From IMG/VR virus record IMGVR_UViG_3300031692_000001, positions 358 to 64,357 of that record: a DNA stretch of 64,000 bases; one strand, given 5' to 3'. The DNA comes from a virus (taxonomy: Duplodnaviria; Caudoviricetes). Below the pieces are notes generated by a model, which worked only from the letters and a program-made list of their open reading frames with translations, ran no database searches and had not been told where the DNA came from. Of this stretch, positions 36,784 to 47,142 are shown in pieces (positions within the stretch are counted from its first letter, which is position 1; each line of letters begins with the position of its first letter). The translations under genes and the position numbers were made by a program.

Positions 36784-37788
36784 TTAATTTTCCTCTGATG
36801 CATCTGAACATTCATCCCAAATCTTACAAGTATCACATTCATCGTGTTTATCGCAATCTTTCCCAAATTTAAAACCTTTTGGGCATTCCTGAGATTTCCC
36901 TTTTTTCTTCTCCTCCGGTTCTTCCTTTTTACTAGATTTCTTTTTTACAAGTTCCTCTTCTTCCGGTTCATCATCATCGTCATCATCCTGTTTTTTCTTC
37001 TTCCCCACTTTTTCTTTTTTTACCGTTTTCTCTTCATCATCGTCATCATCCGGTTCTCCCAAATAAATTGCTTCAATTTCCGTATAGGTAAGAACTTCCA
37101 TAATTTCATCAAAACTGATAGTATCTTCTACAATATCAACATCAAACTCCACTTCCCGGTCCTCAAACCTAAAAGATTTAAATTCCAGAAATTCCGACTT
37201 TCCCCTATTCCCCAGTATAGGTATAGAAGTCATACTTGCCCGGAAAGATATCACCTTTCCCTCTTCTATATCCGCAAAATCCAAAGTTTGCTTATCCCCG
37301 GATTCACTCCGGGCTTCTTCAATCAATTCTTTTTCAAATAGATAATGGGAAGTTGAAAAAACCATTAAACCAGCATCAATATTTCTTTCATTAACAACAT
37401 TATAAAATACTCTCCGGGATGCCTTAAGAGCTTTGGCTTCCTTCTCTTTTCCCTTATCAGCAAACTCACTGGAAGCATCACACAAAGGGCATTTTTTACC
37501 GTAATTCTTTTTCAGACAAACAACATCCTTGTCCCCAGCTCCAACACTTCTATGAACCCAAATATCCATAACATAATCCCAATCACCAATTTCCATATCC
37601 CCTAATTTTACCAGAGGATGATTCTTAGATTTCACCACATAAGGAATAATATTGATTTTATTTTTTCCTTCTTTGGCCTTAAAAAACTTCACATCTGATT
37701 TAAAATTAAATACTCCTCCGGTATTACTCCCGGCAGTTTTCTCACTATGAGCATATCTTTTACCTAATCCTTTTCTTTTCTTTGCCAT
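36784..37788 (-). CDS. Single-stranded DNA-binding protein (T4 gp32-like)
   Basis: WVH...VCLKKNYGKKCPLC, RRVFYNV; acidic tail; C-terminal Cys cluster. Confidence 0.8.
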   Translation of the reverse strand: MAKKRKGLGKRYAHSEKTAGSNTGGVFNFKSDVKFFKAKEGKNKINIIPYVVKSKNHPLVKLGDMEIGDWDYVMDIWVHRSVGAGDKDVVCLKKNYGKKCPLCDASSEFADKGKEKEAKALKASRRVFYNVVNERNIDAGLMVFSTSHYLFEKELIEEARSESGDKQTLDFADIEEGKVISFRASMTSIPILGNRGKSEFLEFKSFRFEDREVEFDVDIVEDTISFDEIMEVLTYTEIEAIYLGEPDDDDDEEKTVKKEKVGKKKKQDDDDDDEPEEEELVKKKSSKKEEPEEKKKGKSQECPKGFKFGKDCDKHDECDTCKIWDECSDASEEN

Positions 37789-37792
37789 ACTC

Positions 37793-38398
37793 TTATTTCC
37801 CCTCTTTCTTATTTAATTTTTTCCGAGCATCCATAGATGCCTCTGTATTCCCGTCTTTCCTCACTCCTACAGGTAATGAAAAATAATTATTCCCGTAAAG
37901 CTTCACCAAATTATCCAGATCTGCCCGTCTTTGTTGAAATGATTCCACCGCTGCTTCCAAATGATAAATAACTTTTTCCACCTGAACCAATTCATCATTT
38001 ATCTTTACAATAGTTTCATGGGTTGTTAATAAAGCAGTCATGGAACTGATTGTAATTTTTACTCCTTCCGGAGTAATTCCTTTTTCATTGGTTGTAGATA
38101 AAATATCCAATTCTATTTTGGATGAAAAGAATTTTAGTCTATTTTTTAAAATCCCTTTTTCCGTTTTCATGTCAGCTAACTGAGTTGAATAATAATTATA
38201 TAAATTGGGTTGATTTTCACATTCATCATCCAACTTATATTTATTTATTTTCAACTCGGCTTCTATATCTCTATTTGTCTTTTTTACTTTCTTCTTTTCC
38301 TCCTTATTTTCATCTGTCAATTTAAATTTAGATTCAATTGAATTATCTTCCAATTCTTCTTTCCCTTCTTTACTTAATCCTTGATCTTTTGTTTCCAT
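37793..38398 (-). CDS. UvsY-like recombination mediator
   Basis: LKINKYKLDDECENQP..Y helical protein adjacent to SSB and RecA-like genes. Confidence 0.6.
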   Translation of the reverse strand: METKDQGLSKEGKEELEDNSIESKFKLTDENKEEKKKVKKTNRDIEAELKINKYKLDDECENQPNLYNYYSTQLADMKTEKGILKNRLKFFSSKIELDILSTTNEKGITPEGVKITISSMTALLTTHETIVKINDELVQVEKVIYHLEAAVESFQQRRADLDNLVKLYGNNYFSLPVGVRKDGNTEASMDARKKLNKKEGK

Positions 38399-38453
38399 AA
38401 TTTAATTTATTCTCCTATAAAAAAAGTCTTATCCTCACAACGTAAGGAAAGGA

Positions 38454-38651
38454 TTATAACCATCCTGTTAACATATCTCTTACTTGTTTGGTAATTGCAG
38501 TTTTACCCTGCTTGTCCAGATCTTTAAGGCATATTTCAACACCTTTTTTAATATCCCTATCACTTTCAGCCCCGTCAATAAGAACACACCCCTCATGATC
38601 ATAACCTAAAGCATCAACCAATAATAATAATGCATCTGTTATTTTGTCCAT
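38454..38651 (-). CDS. Hypothetical protein
   Basis: GAGG RBS. Confidence 0.5.
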   Translation of the reverse strand: MDKITDALLLLVDALGYDHEGCVLIDGAESDRDIKKGVEICLKDLDKQGKTAITKQVRDMLTGWL

Positions 38652-38694
38652 AATTTCCTCCTATACTATTATAGATTTATATTATCAGAATTTA

Positions 38695-39612
38695 CTATTC
38701 TGAGAAAAAAACTTGATAACAAGCCAATGTAATTCCCGGTTTTCCCATCTGATAAAAAGGCTCTGAAAAAAACTCCAAAGTCAAAGCAGCCCTTCTGTTT
38801 TCCTTCCCGGATAATAATGTAGCATTAGCATACCCCATAACTGCTCTTCTCACCTGTTCTGGATCTTCTGTAATACTTTTAATAATATTACAAGTATCCC
38901 CCCAGGAGGATTTATTGTTGACTAAACATCGACATAAATCCTTTACCTCTGCACTATTCTCTTCCAAATCAGAGGAAACTAATTTCATTGCTTTTTCTGG
39001 TCCCATTTCCAATACTTTTTCTAACCATACTAAAGCCTTTCTTGGTGAACCATCACTATTATCGGCTATCTCTTCCAATACCTCTTTATCCAACCCCCCT
39101 TCCTCTGCTTTATTGACTTTGTATAATAATTTATACAATTGAATAGGTTTTAAAGAGGAGAAAGTAAAAGAAGAACATCTATTTTTAAAAGCTTTTAATA
39201 ATTTTTGAGGATCCGTGGTACATAGAAAAAAGTAAACATGTTCCGGGGTGTCCTCTAAAAGTTTTAACATAGCATTCTGCCAATCCTTAGTTGTCTGATG
39301 GCATTCATCAATTATAAACACCCAATATTCCCCGTCATTCGGGTAAGTTCTACATTGTTCAATAATCTGTCTTGCCGTATCTATTCCCCGATTATTGGAA
39401 GAATTTACTTCTACTGTAGAAAGTTCCCCAGCTCCTATCTTTTTTGCGCATATCCTGGCCACTGTGGTTTTTCCACATCCTGATTCCCCGGTAAAAAGAT
39501 ATACATGTGGACGGTCTTTTTTATCAAAGGTGTTTTGAAGACTTTCAAGCTCTTCTTTATTCCCTATCATTTGATCAAATTCTGTTGGTCTATACTTCCG
39601 ATATAAATTCAT
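38695..39612 (-). CDS. Clamp loader AAA+ subunit (DnaX gamma/tau-like)
   Basis: LYRKYRP..F, GESGCGKTT, IIDECH, NAMLKLLED. Confidence 0.9.
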   Translation of the reverse strand: MNLYRKYRPTEFDQMIGNKEELESLQNTFDKKDRPHVYLFTGESGCGKTTVARICAKKIGAGELSTVEVNSSNNRGIDTARQIIEQCRTYPNDGEYWVFIIDECHQTTKDWQNAMLKLLEDTPEHVYFFLCTTDPQKLLKAFKNRCSSFTFSSLKPIQLYKLLYKVNKAEEGGLDKEVLEEIADNSDGSPRKALVWLEKVLEMGPEKAMKLVSSDLEENSAEVKDLCRCLVNNKSSWGDTCNIIKSITEDPEQVRRAVMGYANATLLSGKENRRAALTLEFFSEPFYQMGKPGITLACYQVFFSE

Positions 39613-39669
39613 TTTCTCTCCTTTCTTATTTTAAAAATCATTCCTTTGTCCATTCATTATTCTCCCTAT

Positions 39670-39873
39670 TTACTCCTCTTTATTTTTAAAATAATTCCTA
39701 ATTACTTGATGAATTCTTCTTCTTAATTCCAGATCATCAAAATTATCTTTATCCCCATAAATATCACAAATGGTTTGTCTATTCTTTTTATCCTCAAAAA
39801 AAACTTTTGATCCACCATTAGGATGTATATTAAAGTTTAGATTTTCAAATTTATATAAGTCTTTCATTATCAC
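39670..39873 (-). CDS. Hypothetical protein
   Basis: Tightly packed ORF. Confidence 0.45.
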   Translation of the reverse strand: MIMKDLYKFENLNFNIHPNGGSKVFFEDKKNRQTICDIYGDKDNFDDLELRRRIHQVIRNYFKNKEE

Positions 39874-39893
39874 ATACCTTTCGTTTTATATAA

Positions 39894-40154
39894 TTATTGC
39901 CACGCTATATTTATAGAGCATTTCATTTGATCAGCTAATGGCTTAAGATATCCCGTTATAGTTGCCGCAAATTGTTTGTTTCCGCAAAACAAAGTAAAAG
40001 GAATATCAAAACAATGCCAACAACCCTCTTTTATTTTAATACTTACATTCTCTTGCCTTGTATCATTCATAATCCTTTTAAGCTCTTCCGGAAACTTAAT
40101 ATTTAATCTATTTTCTATTTTATCAATAGATAAATTCCCCATCATAATTGACAT
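39894..40154 (-). CDS. Hypothetical protein
   Basis: GGAGAGG RBS; WHCFDIPF motif. Confidence 0.55.
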   Translation of the reverse strand: MSIMMGNLSIDKIENRLNIKFPEELKRIMNDTRQENVSIKIKEGCWHCFDIPFTLFCGNKQFAATITGYLKPLADQMKCSINIAWQ

Positions 40155-40174
40155 ATTTCCTCTCCTTTCTTATT

Positions 40175-42679
40175 TTATTTATTCATCAAACCGCAATCTT
40201 CCATTTCACTCCAATCCCCATCTATAGCGGATCTTTTTTTTTCCAATTTTAAAGGTACAATAATCCATTTCCAGTGATCCCTTACTTTTCCAAGTCCCCA
40301 TTCTGTCATCAATTCATCAAATAATTCCTCTTCCTCTTCATGAGCATTTCCTATTGCAGAATCATGGATTTGCCCTATAAAAAAACTTCTTTTAATCTTT
40401 CTTCTTTTCAATTCTTTATGAACATAAATCAAAGTCCATAATAAAACATGAAAAGCCGGGCCTTGGATTTGATAATTAATTATATCGTTTCTTCCCATCG
40501 GACCATAACAACGAAATCCAGTCATCAAATCTACGTATCCTTTTCTTTCGTAATTTTTAAAAGTTTTATTTTTCCATTCAGCAAATACAGGGAATTTTTC
40601 CCTCCATAATATATTTTCTACTTTTTCTACATGATGAGTAAAATCTCTTTCTGTTTTAATTCCTTTTTTCAATAAATGAGATTTTGTATAATCTGGTAAA
40701 ACACCCCACATTTCCGGTCCTGCTTGTTCCCAATATCCTCCATAAAACTCCCGGAAAACAAATTGATTTTTAGCAATATATCTTTCTATTTTATCAATAT
40801 CTTTTCCAGGTTTCAAAAATAATTCTTCCCCCATATCACGATGCATATCCTTAGTAGGATCGCAAACATAATCAATCAAATTAGGATCTTCCGTTCTACA
40901 AGCTGCCACTATTACTTCATGTTGACCATAATCCCATTCTATCAATCTACATCCTGGTCTTGGCTCTAAAAGAGACCTAATAATTTTTGTTGTTTGTTTT
41001 TCCCGGTGAGGAATATTTTGAGGGTTAGGATCACTTGCTGAAGATCGGAATGTAACAACCCCGTTCAAATTATAAAAAGGATATATTAAATTCCCTACTT
41101 TCTCTCTTTCAAATTGAGCCATATAAGTACCAACTATTTTTTCCCATTTTCTGTATTCCATAATTCTATCTACAAATGGATGATCTATATCAGATAAAGT
41201 TTCTTTATCTATTGATGGTTTTCCTCCTGAAGTTTTCTTTTTAGATTTTAAACCCATAATATCAAATAATAAATGAGGCAAATCTTTATTGGAAGTAAAA
41301 GAAAATGGTTTTTTTCCATCCCATTTCTCTACTTCCGGACTATCATAAATCCTTTTTGAAATTAAATTGGTTTTTCTTACTATTTTATTTTGCCAATATT
41401 CCATCTTTTCAGAATTGATTTGAATCCCTTTCAAATGAACCTCTGCCAAAACCTGGTCCCCTTCAGATAAAAAAAGAAATCCTTCCAAAAACTCTTTTTT
41501 TAATTTCACAGCTTGAATTTTATATAGCCAAAAAGTAAACAATGAGTCCAATCCATTATAATATAAAATATCCTCCTCTGGAGCTTCATCAATCCTATTA
41601 AAAGAATTCTTTGATTTAGGGTCTTCCCCCAACCTGACTTTTGTTATGTATTTATCTATTGAATTATCATATCCCAATATCCCAAAAACAGTATAAGTCA
41701 AAAATTTTAAAGATGTCTTTTTTTTATTATCCAAACAATGGGCTCCTATACTGGTACACCAAAAGGGTTTCCTTACATAATACCCATTTATAAATTTTGT
41801 CCAAATAGTTTCAAATCTTTTTGAATGAGCAGTTTTTATTATATTAGGGGACTTCAAAAACTTCTTCCAACTATTTCTAAAATCAACCCCTTCAAAAAAA
41901 GGAAATGCCCAAGCTCTTTCCCCATCGGATACAGAAGCATAATAAATTTTATGTCCTTCTCTCTGAGGTTTTATCCCGTCTGTTTCATAATCAAAAGCCA
42001 ATGCCTTTCTATTTTTTCTCAAATCATCAATTATATTAGTAGCTTCTTCCTCTTCCTTAACTATTATAACTTTTTTAGAATAGTCTATAATTTCTATATC
42101 CTTTTTCATTTTTTCCACAAAAGACAATAAATGGTTTTTAAATATCTTTTTTAAAACTTTATCCCATTTAAATTTCTGTATATGATAAAATTCATATGTC
42201 ACCCCTACCCAACTTTTAAATTCCTGGTCCGGGATACACTCTCCGATAAAATCATTAAATTTTACCTTTGATAATCTTCCAGACATCCGGTATCCTAAAA
42301 AACTATCATAAGCCGAGTGTCCCAAAAGAATAACTCCCTTGGGACTTAACTCATTAAAAGTACTCATGACATTTTTTCTACAAGCATTTATCTGAACAGG
42401 GGTAAAGGAATAGCCTTTTAAAAGTTTACACTTTATTGGGGGTATTTTCCAAAAATCCTTATCCAAATTAAAACCTAATTCTTCCAATAATAAACTTAAT
42501 TCATTTTCAGAATTATTTAAAAAATCTGAAATTATAAGAATTTCCTTTTTTCCCTCTCCTCTATACATATTTCTATATGAATGATCTGAAGTTTTTAAAC
42601 CACAATCCAAACAAGTATATTCTTTTCCTTTTTTATCATTGGTTTCAATTATCCCTAATTCTTCAAAAAAACCTTCCAT
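40175..42679 (-). CDS. Family A DNA polymerase with N-terminal UDG-like domain and 3'-5' exonuclease
   Basis: AFDYET exonuclease; NPQNIP, DYGQHE (motif A), RYIAKNQFVF..FYG (B), QIHDS (C); N-terminal CLDCGL...KC...INAC...ILLG. Confidence 0.9.
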   Translation of the reverse strand: MEGFFEELGIIETNDKKGKEYTCLDCGLKTSDHSYRNMYRGEGKKEILIISDFLNNSENELSLLLEELGFNLDKDFWKIPPIKCKLLKGYSFTPVQINACRKNVMSTFNELSPKGVILLGHSAYDSFLGYRMSGRLSKVKFNDFIGECIPDQEFKSWVGVTYEFYHIQKFKWDKVLKKIFKNHLLSFVEKMKKDIEIIDYSKKVIIVKEEEEATNIIDDLRKNRKALAFDYETDGIKPQREGHKIYYASVSDGERAWAFPFFEGVDFRNSWKKFLKSPNIIKTAHSKRFETIWTKFINGYYVRKPFWCTSIGAHCLDNKKKTSLKFLTYTVFGILGYDNSIDKYITKVRLGEDPKSKNSFNRIDEAPEEDILYYNGLDSLFTFWLYKIQAVKLKKEFLEGFLFLSEGDQVLAEVHLKGIQINSEKMEYWQNKIVRKTNLISKRIYDSPEVEKWDGKKPFSFTSNKDLPHLLFDIMGLKSKKKTSGGKPSIDKETLSDIDHPFVDRIMEYRKWEKIVGTYMAQFEREKVGNLIYPFYNLNGVVTFRSSASDPNPQNIPHREKQTTKIIRSLLEPRPGCRLIEWDYGQHEVIVAACRTEDPNLIDYVCDPTKDMHRDMGEELFLKPGKDIDKIERYIAKNQFVFREFYGGYWEQAGPEMWGVLPDYTKSHLLKKGIKTERDFTHHVEKVENILWREKFPVFAEWKNKTFKNYERKGYVDLMTGFRCYGPMGRNDIINYQIQGPAFHVLLWTLIYVHKELKRRKIKRSFFIGQIHDSAIGNAHEEEEELFDELMTEWGLGKVRDHWKWIIVPLKLEKKRSAIDGDWSEMEDCGLMNK

Positions 42680-42987
42680 TATTTCTCCCTTTCTTTATCA
42701 CCTAAATAAATTCTACGTGTGCTTTTATAATAAGAAAATTCAGATAACCCCTTCACATTTATAAAATAACCTTTCCCACTTTTATAAACACTTTTAAAAG
42801 ATAAAACTTGTTCCCTTTCATTCCATACAACAACTTGAGCATCCGTTTTATTATTAATAGTTGTTATAAACTCATTCCCTTTCACTGCAATAATTACAAA
42901 ATTAAAATTATTATCAAAAGGATCTTTATAATCAGTTCCTTTTTTTAAACACTCCGTAAAATAATCAAATTTAATTAATTTTCCCAT
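42679..42987 (-). CDS. Hypothetical protein
   Basis: TAATG coupling at both ends. Confidence 0.5.
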   Translation of the reverse strand: MGKLIKFDYFTECLKKGTDYKDPFDNNFNFVIIAVKGNEFITTINNKTDAQVVVWNEREQVLSFKSVYKSGKGYFINVKGLSEFSYYKSTRRIYLGDKEREK

Positions 42988-44057
42988 TATTTTTCCTTTG
43001 TGAACAAAGATGCAATATGAATAAACTTATCTCCGTGAAAGATAATCCGGGTTTTCCCTGAAGCAGTTTTCTTTATAAAAAACTTTGGTGATCGGCTTAA
43101 ACCATAACTCAAAATAGATAAATCCAAATAAATAGAGAATGGTTCAAACTCCTCCTTTGGTCCTTTTTCCTCTCCCCAATCCACTCTTTCCGTAAATTTC
43201 CCTGTGGATCTTTCTGAATGGATCATTATATTTTCTTTAGAGAAAAGAATTTCCACTGACTCATTTCCATTTACATTCATGGATAATGAAAAAGCTCTAT
43301 CCACGGCTTCTTTAATACTCATAGGCAATTCCCCGGATAAATCCCCTTTTTCCTGCTGATATTCGTTTATAAGAGACAATACTTTGTCATATGGATAATT
43401 ATCCTCATTCAATTTCCGACAGGAAAAATAAACCTCTTCTGAGGATTCAAAAGATATCCAATTGGGGCTTACTCTATATTTTTTCAATCCCTGGATTTTT
43501 GATATTTCTATTACCGATAAATCAGAAACCCAAAAACAATCCATTTCACTATTGAGAGTAAAAAGATTCATTTTTCTTCCGTCAGTAGAAATCACTTTGT
43601 CCTCTTTGATGAAAACTCCAGAAAAAGCAATACCATTACAAGGAATTCTTACGCAATTCAAAGATGGTATGAAATCCTCCGGAAGTTCCTTCCATTCCCC
43701 TTTCTGGTTGTTTAAATCTAAAATAAAGGATGTAACAGAATCCTCTTTCATAGATAATTCAATTTTTGCTTTTCCGCATTTAATAACCCATAACTTTTCT
43801 TTCATGGATAACATGATTTTTTCTTCCGGGAGTTTGGAAATAATTTTATACAATTCATCCGCTTTTATCACTCCCTTTAATCCATTCATACTTTCTACTA
43901 ATTTTACCGATACTGATATTGTACCATTATAAGTATGAACATATTCTCCATCAAATAGAAAAGTGTCGGCTCCTTCCAATAATAAATTGTCTTTAGTTTC
44001 TACTCCAGACAAACACTTTTTCAGAATTGAAATCATTTTAGATTTTTCAATTATCAT
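42987..44057 (-). CDS. Sliding clamp (DNA Pol III beta-like)
   Basis: 356 aa; FSGVFI....ISTDGRKM, NYPY..V motifs; near clamp loader. Confidence 0.8.
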   Translation of the reverse strand: MIIEKSKMISILKKCLSGVETKDNLLLEGADTFLFDGEYVHTYNGTISVSVKLVESMNGLKGVIKADELYKIISKLPEEKIMLSMKEKLWVIKCGKAKIELSMKEDSVTSFILDLNNQKGEWKELPEDFIPSLNCVRIPCNGIAFSGVFIKEDKVISTDGRKMNLFTLNSEMDCFWVSDLSVIEISKIQGLKKYRVSPNWISFESSEEVYFSCRKLNEDNYPYDKVLSLINEYQQEKGDLSGELPMSIKEAVDRAFSLSMNVNGNESVEILFSKENIMIHSERSTGKFTERVDWGEEKGPKEEFEPFSIYLDLSILSYGLSRSPKFFIKKTASGKTRIIFHGDKFIHIASLFTKEK

Positions 44058-44839
44058 ATCTTTCCTCCATATATTTTATTTATTTCAATTGGGTTTAATT
44101 TTTCTTTGTATTTATACAAAGAAGATATTCCCAAAGATCCTCCGTCATTAACTAATTTCCCCGGCCTAATTGAGTTAATATACCGATAGAAAAGAACTCT
44201 ACAAGTATCACTCAAACCTCTTCCTTCTGAATTATTAACTATACAATATCTAAAATTAACATATTTCCAATTTTCATCCCAACAAATAATTCCTTTTACT
44301 TCTTCTTGATTATTTTCAACCAATAATCTATTTTTTCCAAAACAAACATATTTTAAAAGTACTTCTGGGTCATATAATTCTTTTCCTTCAATACTATCTA
44401 CCCACTTATCCAAAAAACAACCCCCTTTTAATCGGTCCTGGTCCCGATCTCCATAAGTAACATAAACATATAATTTCCCAAAATCCTCTCTACACCATTT
44501 TAGATTCTTCCTTGCCTTTTTCCATTTATTCCCAGATAAAGATATAAACTGAGAAGGATCATAAATAAATTCATAATCTAAAAAATTCAATTTAATATTT
44601 TCTTTAAAACAAATAGAATTTAAATTACTAAAACCCACATAAAAAGAAGAAGATAAAAAACGAATAGAATCTAAATCTATAACAGGTAACATTATATGGG
44701 ATTTTGAAGAATCAAATATAATTATCACATTTTCTTCATCCCAATCTTCTATCCATCCAGCTTTTTCAAAATACTCCTCTGAACAATAAAAATTAGGAGG
44801 TATATTTCTTTTCTTCAACTCTCCTAAATATCTACTCAT
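44054..44839 (-). CDS. DUF2156 / MprF-C-terminal-like GNAT-fold transferase
   Basis: DYEFIYD...LSGNKWKKARKNL and VNDGGSLGISSLYKYKEKLNP motifs. Confidence 0.6.
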   Translation of the reverse strand: MSRYLGELKKRNIPPNFYCSEEYFEKAGWIEDWDEENVIIIFDSSKSHIMLPVIDLDSIRFLSSSFYVGFSNLNSICFKENIKLNFLDYEFIYDPSQFISLSGNKWKKARKNLKWCREDFGKLYVYVTYGDRDQDRLKGGCFLDKWVDSIEGKELYDPEVLLKYVCFGKNRLLVENNQEEVKGIICWDENWKYVNFRYCIVNNSEGRGLSDTCRVLFYRYINSIRPGKLVNDGGSLGISSLYKYKEKLNPIEINKIYGGKI

Positions 44840-45452
44840 CTTTTTTCTCCTGTTTTACATTCAACTTAAAATTTTCATCCGGAGATGATGATGAATGTTC
44901 TTCATCCTGAAGAGACATAATAGCAATCTGTATAGAAACGTCTTTATTATGAAATGACCAAGCATGTGCCTTATCAATTCTAATAGTATATTCATCTTTA
45001 GGAATCTTTTTAAAACTTTCTTCTGGAATCACTGTAAACTTAGTACATGCCTGGTCAATAGCTCTACATATAATCTTAGCGTAACTATTTACATCCGAAT
45101 GAATTGTAATAACATCCATAGAATATTGCGGATTTATTATTGTTTTCCAACTTTTAGGAAATTCAATTGCTTTTTCATTATAAAAAAGAAAGTAATCTTT
45201 GCCCGACATAATTAATTCATATGAACCAGTTTGAAAAGTATCAACACAACGATTTGTTAATGGGAATTGATAAGGGTCTTTTAATTGAAACTGGATTATA
45301 CATTTCCCATCACTTGCCACAGCATATACTTTTTTATTATCAGAATCATCGAAAACATAAACATGTCTAAGTGCATCACGTCCTATATATTGATATGTAA
45401 AGTTTTTTAAAATTGTAAACTCTTTCTTTGTTAATTCAATCTTTGTTTTCAT
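44832..45452 (-). CDS. Beta-clamp-like domain protein
   Basis: RDALRHVYV...AVASDGK, FP..W..II. Confidence 0.5.
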   Translation of the reverse strand: MKTKIELTKKEFTILKNFTYQYIGRDALRHVYVFDDSDNKKVYAVASDGKCIIQFQLKDPYQFPLTNRCVDTFQTGSYELIMSGKDYFLFYNEKAIEFPKSWKTIINPQYSMDVITIHSDVNSYAKIICRAIDQACTKFTVIPEESFKKIPKDEYTIRIDKAHAWSFHNKDVSIQIAIMSLQDEEHSSSSPDENFKLNVKQEKKDE

Positions 45453-45538
45453 AATTTTAATCCTCTCTTAATATATTATAGATTCCAAATTCGTTCTTTT
45501 ACGTCTTTTAAAGAAAAAATTATTTATTTTTCCCCCAT

Positions 45539-45748
45539 CTATCTTTTTTCTCCCAATAATCCCAAATAATGACCATCATCTGTTTCATAAATAGGTAATA
45601 AAAATGTAATAGTAATAAGTTGAGAATTAAATTCTGTTCTTTTAAGATTCAATCTTCTTGCCAATTCTTTTTTAGAAATCATATTTTTTCCATTTTCTCT
45701 CTTATAATCTCTCATTACTTTTTTCCATTCCTCTACCCAATTATTCAC
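45539..45748 (-). CDS. Small HTH-like protein
   Basis: ISKKELARRLNL; GTGA overlap. Confidence 0.45.
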   Translation of the reverse strand: MNNWVEEWKKVMRDYKRENGKNMISKKELARRLNLKRTEFNSQLITITFLLPIYETDDGHYLGLLGEKR

Positions 45749-47142
45749 CTTTCCACCTCATCATTATACCGGGAATCCAAATATGGACGGCCTATGCTTA
45801 GACATTGAAGAACCAAAGCCTGTCTATAATTCCTCCTGCCATCTCTCTCTGCTAATTGAGCAATCCTACAAGCACTCAATTTTTGATCTTCCAAATCTGA
45901 ATTTATACTTACCATTTTAGAAGTATGAGCAATTTTTCGGATATCTTCCACAATAGTTTCCTCTGTGGCATCCTTCTTTGAGGCTCTTCTCCCAGCTTGA
46001 GATGCTGTTACCATAAGTATGTTTCTTTCTTGAGCAATTCTCCTAAGCTTTTTCCAAATATCATCTATTTGATGCCTGTATTCATTCCAGGATTTTGACG
46101 GGGCAATTATATCAGCATAATCAATAATTACCACATCCGGGATATATTCTTCATAATAATACATATTATCCAAATGGGCTTCAATATCCTCTACTGTAGC
46201 AGAATATGCCAATAATGGAATAATCTTAATTCCCCCGGACCTGAATTGTTTTCTAAAATGTTGCTGTAATTTTTTTATGTTTGGTAAATCAACCCCTTCC
46301 TTTTTTTCCTTTTTAAAAAGAACTTCCCATTTTGATTTTTCATCTTCCTCGTCTATTTTTGAAAAATATGGGATATTCAATTCCATAGATTTTCTAGATT
46401 GAGCTGTTAATGAAATCCATCCCCTTCTTATTATCTGATTTTCAGTCATTTCGAGAGTAAAAAAAACTACCTTAAAACCAAAATACATAGCTAATTGACC
46501 TACATACCATTGCCACCAGGTTTTCCCTCTCTTAGCAAATGCCAAAAATGCCGCCAAATCCCCTCTCATAAATGGGCCAATTATTTCTCCCAATACTCCA
46601 GGGAACGAAAACATATATTCTTCTTCCGATAGAAAAGCAGCGCATATTTTTCTATCATCCTTTAGTATAGATATTCCCTCTGTGGCACTGGATTCTACAC
46701 GGGAAAAATTAGCAATCTCTGATTCGGCTCCTAAAGGATCGGAATCCAGCAAAGCGCTTTCCAATTTATTTTTTAATAAAAATATAGATCGTATTTTCAA
46801 GAAATGAATTGAATTTTTTATCACAAAATCTATATTCTGGATTTTCTTTTGTTTTTCCCAATCCTTTGATAATTGAAGTAAAAACTCTTTTACAATTTCC
46901 ACTTCCTCTTCTTCTCTTATAAATTTACTTTTTCTGTTATAAATATCCTGGATATGTTTTTCAGGAGCTTCTTTAAATTCATTAAAATATTCTATTACCC
47001 ATTCACTCACTAATCTTCCATAAATGGATTCAAAATATTTAGGCTTTACTACTGGAACAATCCTTCTTAAGAAATCGGAGTTTATAATCATATAGGTAAT
47101 GATTTGACGTTCCTGAAATAAATCTATTCTTTTTCTTTTCAT
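45745..47142 (-). CDS. Replicative DnaB-like helicase
   Basis: Walker A AFAKRGKT, FFTLEM, VVIIDYADI, VTASQ. Confidence 0.9.
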   Translation of the reverse strand: MKRKRIDLFQERQIITYMIINSDFLRRIVPVVKPKYFESIYGRLVSEWVIEYFNEFKEAPEKHIQDIYNRKSKFIREEEEVEIVKEFLLQLSKDWEKQKKIQNIDFVIKNSIHFLKIRSIFLLKNKLESALLDSDPLGAESEIANFSRVESSATEGISILKDDRKICAAFLSEEEYMFSFPGVLGEIIGPFMRGDLAAFLAFAKRGKTWWQWYVGQLAMYFGFKVVFFTLEMTENQIIRRGWISLTAQSRKSMELNIPYFSKIDEEDEKSKWEVLFKKEKKEGVDLPNIKKLQQHFRKQFRSGGIKIIPLLAYSATVEDIEAHLDNMYYYEEYIPDVVIIDYADIIAPSKSWNEYRHQIDDIWKKLRRIAQERNILMVTASQAGRRASKKDATEETIVEDIRKIAHTSKMVSINSDLEDQKLSACRIAQLAERDGRRNYRQALVLQCLSIGRPYLDSRYNDEVER

